Positions 55,910 to 62,445 of a stretch of DNA of 62,445 nucleotides are shown here, one piece after another. The stretch is from Candidatus Nomurabacteria bacterium (GTDB taxonomy: Bacteria > Patescibacteriota > Minisyncoccia > Phycocordibacterales > UBA9973), in NCBI GenBank assembly GCA_031425235.1, contig JANPIZ010000003.1, forward strand, positions 1 through 62,445, given 5' to 3'. Made by a program: the position numbers and the translations under genes. The notes below the pieces were generated by a model. It was not told where the DNA came from and did no database searches. It saw only the letters and a list, made by a program, of their open reading frames with translations. The number at the start of each line of letters is the position of its first letter. The stretch's first letter is position 1.

Positions 55910-56827
55910 TTACTTGTTCAAATATTTTCTAACTGCTAAAGAAGCCGAAGCAATACCGAGGAATACGCCGAACAATAAATTGATAATAAAGATTTGCAAT
56001 ATATTGGAAGTATAATAATTAAATATATTAAATCCAAAAAAATCAGTCATATTATGCCCTAACCAGAAGGTTATTGGTAAAAATAACAGAATAGTAATAA
56101 TTGTAGCGATAATACCATATATTACCCCTTCTACCATAAATGGTCCCCGAACGTACATTTTTGATGCCCCTACAAGGCGCATAACGCTTATTTCCTCTTT
56201 GGAAATGTATATAGCGAGCCTTATGGTGTTGAAAGTAATAATAATAGACACAAGCACTAAAATAAGGGTAATAATCAGCCCAAGTTTGTGCGCACCAGAA
56301 ATAAGATAATTCAACCTATCGATGACTACTTTGTTTTGATGATAATTTATTTTGTCGATGACGGAAGCGTACGAGGTCATCTCAGGGTTGTCAGATTTGA
56401 GAAAATTTGAAATACCTTCGTATTGTGAAATATCTTTCGCTTTCACGTTTAAGTATCCGCCAAGTGGATTAGTACCTATTTCCTCGAGAGCAGCAAGCGT
56501 GGGATAATCATTTTCGTGGCGTGCACGGAATAATGCTAACGCTTCTTTGTCGCTTGTATATGTCACGTCAGCTACTTCTGGTAACTGCATAAGTGAATCT
56601 TTCAAAGAAAGAATCCGGTCTTCGGGTGCGCCAACGTTGAAGTAAATCGTTACATCTACTTTATCTTTTATATTATTTAATGAGAAATACAAAACTGATT
56701 GGAGCAAAATGATAGACGTGACAAAGGCAAGAGTGATAGTCACGACGAGCACCGCAGCAAAAGACACAAGTCCATTGCGTTTAAAACTTAAAAATCCAGC
56801 TTTTATAATTCTTTTTAATTCTGTCAT
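55910..56827 (-). CDS. ftsX: Cell-division ABC transporter permease-like protein FtsX
   Basis: 305 aa with four TM helices and a large first extracytoplasmic loop. Follows ftsE. Confidence 0.85.
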   Translation of the reverse strand: MTELKRIIKAGFLSFKRNGLVSFAAVLVVTITLAFVTSIILLQSVLYFSLNNIKDKVDVTIYFNVGAPEDRILSLKDSLMQLPEVADVTYTSDKEALALFRARHENDYPTLAALEEIGTNPLGGYLNVKAKDISQYEGISNFLKSDNPEMTSYASVIDKINYHQNKVVIDRLNYLISGAHKLGLIITLILVLVSIIITFNTIRLAIYISKEEISVMRLVGASKMYVRGPFMVEGVIYGIIATIITILLFLPITFWLGHNMTDFFGFNIFNYYTSNILQIFIINLLFGVFLGIASASLAVRKYLNK

Positions 56828-56849
56828 AAAATTTTTATTGTATCACAAA

Positions 56850-57518
56850 CTAAATCTTACCTTTAGTATCTTTGATAATTCGGCCATTCTCCATAGTTAT
56901 AACACGCTTGTTTACTGATTCCACAACCCCGTGATTGTGTGTGGTCATGATGATAGTAGTACCAAGGTCGTTGATTTTCTTCAAAATTTGGACTACTTCG
57001 TGGGTATTTACAGGGTCGAGGTTGCCTGTAGGCTCGTCGGCAATAATAAGCTCTGGCTGATTGATGATAGCGCGAGCGATAGCAAGCCGCTGCTGCTCAC
57101 CACCCGAGAGTTGATGTGGGAAGTGATGTATCTTGTCGAGCATATTCACCAGTTCGAGCACATGTGGAACGTCATTTTGTATTTCTTCGTCTGTTTTACC
57201 GAGAGCTTCCATAGCAAAGGCTATGTTTTCATATGTAGTTCTGTTTTGTAATAGTTTAAAGTCTTGAAAAACTACCCCGATTCGTTGACGCAGTTTTGTA
57301 AGGTCTTTACTATTTAATTGATGTAGGTCAGTTGATTCAAAAAAAACTGTGCCGAGGCTCGGCTTTTCGTCTACGAGAATTAATTTTGCTAATGTTGTTT
57401 TCCCAGCGCCAGAGTGTCCGACTACTGACACAAACTCACCTGGAGTAATTGTTAAAGTGACATCATCTAACGCCACTGAATCCTTATAAAGTTTTGAAAC
57501 ATTGTTGAAGTAAATCAC
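56850..57518 (-). CDS. ftsE: Cell-division ATP-binding protein FtsE
   Basis: GHSGAGKTT, LSGGEQQRLAIARA, IIADEPTGNLD. GTG start. Confidence 0.9.
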   Translation of the reverse strand: MIYFNNVSKLYKDSVALDDVTLTITPGEFVSVVGHSGAGKTTLAKLILVDEKPSLGTVFFESTDLHQLNSKDLTKLRQRIGVVFQDFKLLQNRTTYENIAFAMEALGKTDEEIQNDVPHVLELVNMLDKIHHFPHQLSGGEQQRLAIARAIINQPELIIADEPTGNLDPVNTHEVVQILKKINDLGTTIIMTTHNHGVVESVNKRVITMENGRIIKDTKGKI

Positions 57519-57540
57519 CTATGTATTCTAACATAATAGT

Positions 57541-57876
57541 TTATTGAAGCAAAACCAAACCCCTCGCCAAAATTTCATTTATCTCTGAATCCTTCAGTTT
57601 GCCGTCTTTCTTTTTTACTCTATCCTTATCTATAGACCTTATTTGGTCGCTCAAAACAAAAGACTTGCCTTTTGGACCTTGTATAGCAACTTCCATAAAA
57701 TAACCTTTACTTTTTGAGGTCATGGGGCAAGCAAGAATTAGCCCAGAAATAATATTGTATTTAGAAGGTGATAAAACGACTGCTGGGCGGAGACCCGACT
57801 GCTCGTGCCCCTTTGTCGGGCTGAAATCAATCCACACTACGTCACCTCTTTCTAAAATTAGAGATTTTTTTACCAT
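57541..57876 (-). CDS. mazF: MazF/PemK-family type II toxin endoribonuclease
   Basis: RGDVVWIDFSPTKGHEQSGLRPAVVLSP. Confidence 0.9.
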   Translation of the reverse strand: MVKKSLILERGDVVWIDFSPTKGHEQSGLRPAVVLSPSKYNIISGLILACPMTSKSKGYFMEVAIQGPKGKSFVLSDQIRSIDKDRVKKKDGKLKDSEINEILARGLVLLQ

Positions 57877-58112
57877 ATTTCTTTACCTCTTTTTTTATCA
57901 TCCGGCCAGACAAGTTTGTGTATATTTTTCTTTGTTATACCTTTGACCAACTTTTCTAAAGTATAAACAGGCTTACTTGAACTAATTATAATTTTATCTC
58001 CAGTTTGTTTGAAATTAACAAAAGAACCATCTTTTAAATCGAGGTTTTGCGCAAATTCATCTGGAATTCGCACCGCCAAACTATTGCCCCATTTTCGAAT
58101 TTTTGTAGTCAT
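57870..58112 (-). CDS. mazE: MazE/AbrB-SpoVT-family antitoxin
   Basis: KIRKWGNSLAVRIP. 7-nt overlap with mazF. Confidence 0.85.
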   Translation of the reverse strand: MTTKIRKWGNSLAVRIPDEFAQNLDLKDGSFVNFKQTGDKIIISSSKPVYTLEKLVKGITKKNIHKLVWPDDKKRGKEIW

Positions 58113-58157
58113 AATTTAAGTATATACAATGTATCTACATAAGTCAATTTGTAAAAA

Positions 58158-58583
58158 TTAATTTTCGTTAGTCATTTCTCCAGTTTGAAGCATTAATTCA
58201 ATAGATCGCAGTTGTTTTACCATAATATCTTTTTCATCTTTAAGATTTATTTTATCACTGTAAATTCTATCGATTAATTCCACGATTTCTGGAATCGTAA
58301 TGTTGCACTTAATTTCGTCAGTCAGCCCGCTTTCATTAGAAACAGCCGAAGGTCTGCCATTTTTTAGGAAACTTTGTATCATCGACAGCCTTGGTATTAA
58401 TTTTTCCAGGGTATCTTTTTTTATATTTCCATAAAAGCCCAGATTTATCCCGCTGACAAGTCCAGACAACATACCTATTGCAACACTGCGCCTCGTTGAA
58501 TAGCTTTTCTCTCGTTCTGATAAACTATGATGTCCGTCTTTACTAGCACCATTGTTTTCTAATTTAAGCATTCCATTTTCCAT
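58158..58583 (-). CDS. Hypothetical protein
   Basis: 141-aa ORF with no motif recognised. Confidence 0.4.
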   Translation of the reverse strand: MENGMLKLENNGASKDGHHSLSEREKSYSTRRSVAIGMLSGLVSGINLGFYGNIKKDTLEKLIPRLSMIQSFLKNGRPSAVSNESGLTDEIKCNITIPEIVELIDRIYSDKINLKDEKDIMVKQLRSIELMLQTGEMTNEN

Positions 58584-58627
58584 ATAATTTTATTATAAAC
58601 TATAATGCTATATAATCAATTATTTAA

Positions 58628-59521
58628 TTACGAATTCTTCTCTGTAATAATAAACATGTCTAAGTCTCCCTCTAAAACAGCATCGATATTTGACGTCTCC
58701 TGTCCTGTCCTATGATCTTTGACCATTTTATAAGGGTGCAAGACATACGAGCGGATCTGGCTCCCCCACTCTATTTCGGTATTCTTCATTTTCATGGCTT
58801 CTTCTACGCTTTTTTTATCTTCTTGGGATTTTTTGAATATTTTAGCTCGTAAAATACTGAGAGCTTGTTCTCTGTTTTGTTCTTGAGAGCGTTCATTTGA
58901 TGCTGACACAGCTATCCCGGTCGGGATGTGAACGATTCTTACGGCGGTTTCCCTTTTGTTCACATTTTGTCCGCCAGGGCCACCTGAGCGGGTAAACTCT
59001 ATTTTTAAATCTTCAGGCTTCAGTGTAATATCGCGCTCCTCAAGCTTGCCGAACTTTGGCAGCACTTCGACTAATGAAAATGAAGTATGTCTCAGCTTTT
59101 TTGCATTAAAAGGTGAAATGCGAACGAGGCGATGGACACCACTTTCATGTTTTAAATTTCCATAGGCATTTTTTCCACTAATTTCTATTGTTATATTGCG
59201 ATATCCTCCATGATCATTTTTGTGTTCGTGGATCAAAGAAATTTCGAATCCAGATTTTTTTGCATATTTTCCATACATTTCTAAAAGCATAGAAGAAAAA
59301 TCTTCAGCATCATCCCCGCCAGCACCTGAAATAATAGTAAGGATTGCATTCCCTTTGTTATACTTTTGCCCGCCGAGGAGTTCGTCTCGAAGTTCGCCGA
59401 GTTTTTTTAAGGTCGCCTGGGCCTTCACTTTGTCAGTCCAAAAATCTGCCTCTGTCATTTCCTCTTCCAGAATAGCTATTTCTTTTTTAATTTCATTGGT
59501 ATCTTTACCCATGTAGTTCAC
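58628..59521 (-). CDS. prfB: Peptide chain release factor 2 with a shortened domain 1
   Basis: The SPF tripeptide (RISPFNA) and GGQ (SGGPGGQNVNK). Only 297 aa. GTG at 59521 or ATG three codons later. Confidence 0.9.
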   Translation of the reverse strand: MNYMGKDTNEIKKEIAILEEEMTEADFWTDKVKAQATLKKLGELRDELLGGQKYNKGNAILTIISGAGGDDAEDFSSMLLEMYGKYAKKSGFEISLIHEHKNDHGGYRNITIEISGKNAYGNLKHESGVHRLVRISPFNAKKLRHTSFSLVEVLPKFGKLEERDITLKPEDLKIEFTRSGGPGGQNVNKRETAVRIVHIPTGIAVSASNERSQEQNREQALSILRAKIFKKSQEDKKSVEEAMKMKNTEIEWGSQIRSYVLHPYKMVKDHRTGQETSNIDAVLEGDLDMFIITEKNS

Positions 59522-59530
59522 TGTAACAAA

Positions 59531-60817
59531 TTAAACGCCTACCTTCAAACTTTCGCGGAGTTCTTGCATATAAGCACTGTGGTCATGAGTAAAAGCACTT
59601 TTAGCAAAACCAATGCAATTCATTTTGTATTTTTCATACAGATATATATCGTTTACGAGTTTCTTTATTGCCACAGCAAAGCTGTTGCTATGTCTACCGA
59701 CATGAGTAAACTCTTCAAAGCCAGAATTAAATAGAATTATTTTACTATACTCATCTCCCGACGAAATAACTGGGCAGCCAGAAATAAGGGAATAAAACAC
59801 AGGGTCATAGGCAATATGGGGAGCATCAAAATACAGCATAAGTCGAGCGGTGTGAAATAAAGAGATAGATTCCTTATCTTCTTTGACTATAGTACCTGGA
59901 AGCATACATAAAAACCGAAGTATTTTTGCATATATATAGTGTCCTCTTTTGACCACGATTGTGAACTCAAATTTTTTAATAGAGTGCGACAGTTCTCGGC
60001 CGATATTTTTAAGTTTGAAAAAAGAAACCAGGTTTGCTTGTCGTGGAAATACGATCATGTTAAATGTATTGTTTCGCGAATTTGCTTCTTCTACAATACG
60101 TTTTTCGTCAAAAATAACTTCGAGTTCTGGTATCTCAACATATTCATTTAATATTTTTATGTTTGTGTATTTTGCCTTATAACCATAGTTATTTTCAATA
60201 GCTTTTTTAACGTATTCATTTGGTACAATTATTTTTTGCGGGTAAAGTCTCGTGAGCGTCGTCATTGAAATACTTCCTTTGCCGAGCACTTTCATGTATG
60301 AATAAAAGACGTACAACGGCCGACTGTATTTTCTCGCAAACAATTTCGCGAGGACAACCTGATCACCAATGCTAAGTACTACAGTCGGCACAAAACGTCG
60401 TTTCCATACCACTTCTGATAAAATAACTTTGTACACCGTCAAAAAACTGAGGAACGGAATATACGGAGCAATGTATATAAATGTATTATCTCCAAACGTA
60501 TTTGATATTTCCTTTTTTCTACCAATATAAATAATATGGAGCTCGGGAACTATAGATGATATGTCGCCGATAAGTTTCCCCGCGGGTCGAGTGGAATTAA
60601 AGATACTTGAGTCTCGAGTAATGACGAGAAAAATATCTTTTTTTGGAAGTACAGACTTTTCATTTTCTTCCTGTGCTTTTTTTTCTTTTAATTCATGAAG
60701 TTCTTTGAGAACATCTTGCGCATACGGAGAAACCAAAAAGTCAGGTGCTTGGGTTTCCTTTTCAAGTGCGTCGATCTTTTGCGATATATCCTTTTGTTCG
60801 TCTATCTCATCAGCCAT
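59531..60817 (-). CDS. Putative GT-B (GT4-like) glycosyltransferase with an RF2-N-terminus-like first ~50 aa
   Basis: 428 aa. The C-terminal half has a GT-B-like pattern (...GCPVISSGDE...). The N-terminus ALEKETQAPDFLVSPYAQDVLKELHELKEK resembles the prfB N-terminus. Confidence 0.45.
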   Translation of the reverse strand: MADEIDEQKDISQKIDALEKETQAPDFLVSPYAQDVLKELHELKEKKAQEENEKSVLPKKDIFLVITRDSSIFNSTRPAGKLIGDISSIVPELHIIYIGRKKEISNTFGDNTFIYIAPYIPFLSFLTVYKVILSEVVWKRRFVPTVVLSIGDQVVLAKLFARKYSRPLYVFYSYMKVLGKGSISMTTLTRLYPQKIIVPNEYVKKAIENNYGYKAKYTNIKILNEYVEIPELEVIFDEKRIVEEANSRNNTFNMIVFPRQANLVSFFKLKNIGRELSHSIKKFEFTIVVKRGHYIYAKILRFLCMLPGTIVKEDKESISLFHTARLMLYFDAPHIAYDPVFYSLISGCPVISSGDEYSKIILFNSGFEEFTHVGRHSNSFAVAIKKLVNDIYLYEKYKMNCIGFAKSAFTHDHSAYMQELRESLKVGV

Positions 60818-60870
60818 CTGTTAAGTATAACAAATTTAAAGCCGGTTCCAATTAACATTGGTTTACCGGC

Positions 60871-61065
60871 TTATTTAAGGAATATAATATCTATAGAACT
60901 CTCGCTTCTTTTAAGGTGAAAATAATTATAATCACATAACCACTCTAAAGTTTTAAGAAACCATGGGTTATTTTTATTCACTAGAACCTTGAAGCGGCGA
61001 GCGATCATTTCAAATTGTTCTTGAGTTAATTCAGGCAACAACTCAAGACCTTTTTCTTCTTCCAT
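60871..61065 (-). CDS. Hypothetical small protein
   Basis: 64-aa ORF. Confidence 0.35.
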   Translation of the reverse strand: MEEEKGLELLPELTQEQFEMIARRFKVLVNKNNPWFLKTLEWLCDYNYFHLKRSESSIDIIFLK

Positions 61066-61162
61066 AATTTTTCTCCAAAGGCAGCAATTTTAAAACCGGC
61101 AAGCATCACATCCACAAGGACGACACTTACCGGTTTTGTTTTGAGAGCGAACTCTCGATTTT

Positions 61163-61411
61163 TTAATGACCACGGAAGACTCCTTCTGTAGTCAGTTTTT
61201 TTGCCATCGGAGAATTTTCCGACAATTTAATTCTCTGGAGGATGACCTTATCACCATCCAAAAAAATACAAGGAACAAACCAGCTGCCATCTTCCCACTT
61301 GGCGGCAGACCAAGCTTTCAAAAGACCGCCTAAACCTGTTTTTTTCAAAAAAACCTCTTTCCCGCCAGTTAAAACTTCTCTAAGTTCTTTTCCTGTAATA
61401 TTTTCCGCCAT
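61163..61411 (-). CDS. Hypothetical small protein
   Basis: 82-aa ORF. A hairpin plus T-run downstream at about 61095-61140. Confidence 0.4.
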   Translation of the reverse strand: MAENITGKELREVLTGGKEVFLKKTGLGGLLKAWSAAKWEDGSWFVPCIFLDGDKVILQRIKLSENSPMAKKLTTEGVFRGH

Positions 61412-61569
61412 AATTTCTCCCTCTTAAGCTAATTAAAGCCTAAAATAATTTTTAAATAACAAAATTTTAGTAGCTAAATAAAGAATACCTGGATTAGCAA
61501 TTAAAGTTAAATTTTTTAACATTGATCTTGTATTTTACACAATTTGTTAAATCTGTTAGAATTCTAAAT

Positions 61570-62228
61570 ATGATCAAAATTCAACCTATCGTGCGAGATA
61601 TTGTGCTGAGCGAGGTAGAAGCCTGCTTCGCGCTAACAAATGGCTACATGAATATGAGCTCTTACGCTCACAGAATACGACCGAAAGTGAAAGAACTCAC
61701 CAAAAAAGATGTGACGATCGCAAGCCTTGTCGTTTCCCTATCTCGTCTCCGCAAAGAACTCAAAAAAGAAAAGCCTCTTGTGCATGATGTGGTCATTAAA
61801 AACATAACTACCAAGCTTCCTATATCAGAAATAATTTATGAAAATAATGCAGAATTTATAAAAGACCTAGAATCACTCCATAAAAAAATAAAGGTTTCAC
61901 AGGATGATTTATTTACCACTACCATTGGTACCGCCGAGCTCGACATTATTTGCTCATCAAACATAGAAAAGAAAATCCTAGAACATTTTAGATCAAAGCC
62001 GATTGTTGTGAGTCGCAACCTGGCAGCTATTGGTGTTTCTTTTGGAAAAGAGGTTTTTAATACACCGAATGTATTCTTCTCGTTGCTTGCTGTCACCGCA
62101 AGAGCTCGAATAAACTTAGAAGAGCTTATATCTACTCCGACTGAGCTTATATTCATCGTGGCTGAAAAAGATTTCGGTAAAACAGTAGCGTTGTTTTCTG
62201 AACTACATAGAAAAGGAAATAAAGATTG

Positions 62229-62229
<1 letters not shown>
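61570..62229 (+). CDS. Hypothetical protein with an ACT-domain-like C-terminus
   Basis: ATG at 61570 preferred over the TTG at 61522. The C-terminal ...INLEELISTPTELIFIVAEKDFGKTVALF resembles ACT folds. Weak call. Confidence 0.35.
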
Positions 62230-62301
<72 letters not shown>

Positions 62302-62445
62302 TTTGGAGTACCTTTTAAACAAGACTCGAACCTACTTTAGTAAAAATTCGTAAACGGTGCGAGCCAACTGAACTAATGCTCACGCTCCACGTTCTTACTG
62401 ATTTTTAACTAATTTCTACGCCCCACAAAAAGTGTTCCTTCAATG

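Noticed and set aside
55905-55910. Perfect AGGAGG 9 nt upstream of pyrG, as evidence for normal SD usage.
   Set aside because: It is kept as a caveat, not a feature. It is the only canonical SD I found among roughly 20 inspected starts, and it overlaps the ftsX stop codon by one nucleotide. It does not by itself overturn the missing anti-SD observation.
59522-59600. Search for the classical prfB +1 frameshift site (CTT TGA C with an upstream SD).
   Set aside because: The site is not present. The upstream sequence is the 3' end of the 428-aa ORF, and its only TTTGA (agtTTGAag) gives a short dead-end frame.
62303-62390. tRNA-like stretch after tRNA-Thr. The minus strand reads ggagcgtgagcattagttcagttgg...gtaggttcgagtc...ggtactcca.
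   Set aside because: It has D-loop-like and T-loop-like strings, but I could not fold a consistent acceptor, anticodon or T stem. It may be a degenerate tRNA or a feature truncated by the window end. A tRNAscan-SE or Infernal run is needed.

Overview
AT-rich, gene-dense bacterial window with short intergenic gaps and mostly minus-strand genes. The gene content looks like a small-genome Patescibacteria/CPR-type organism; this is an inference from DUF5679, DUF378 and lmo0937 mini-proteins, a type IV pilin, a 16S gene that mismatches the 515F primer site, and almost no Shine-Dalgarno motifs. From left to right: a transposase tail; an unlinked 16S rRNA gene (about 396-1950, minus) with a 26-bp flanking processing stem; then about 33 kb of housekeeping and envelope genes. 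These include VIT1, TspO, SecG, RNase J, an SBP, MFS and ABC transporters, cyclophilin, a DsbB/thioredoxin/DgkA/cupredoxin cluster, an ECF sigma/anti-sigma pair and a pilin. This stretch also holds a cobalamin riboswitch in front of a DUF4430 plus alpha/alpha-toroid gene pair, and a CarH-like B12-domain regulator. Accessory region, about 35.9-51.9 kb: the left part (35.9-40.2 kb) has four minus-strand genes separated by GC-rich mosaic repeats, including two ~108-bp near-identical copies that carry a conserved 22-codon ORF. The right part (38.1-51.9 kb) is bounded by a 23-bp exact direct repeat with a palindromic core. It ends at a large serine recombinase gene next to tRNA-Gln. Inside it are a promoter-to-terminator ~370-nt leader/ncRNA candidate, a ParB-domain DNA methyltransferase, an HTH protein and a PD-(D/E)xK protein. 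It also contains a tightly packed operon: HTH-HsdM-half-HsdS fusion, DUF4263 (Shedu-like) nuclease, HsdR, YgjP metallopeptidase. That operon is my best candidate for an unusual or undescribed composite defence system. The right arm is core again: Gmad2, DUF3298, pyrG, ftsEX, mazEF, a shortened prfB, a glycosyltransferase and tRNA-Thr. I saw no CRISPR array. All coordinates of RNA and structural elements were hand-derived and are approximate to a few nt.
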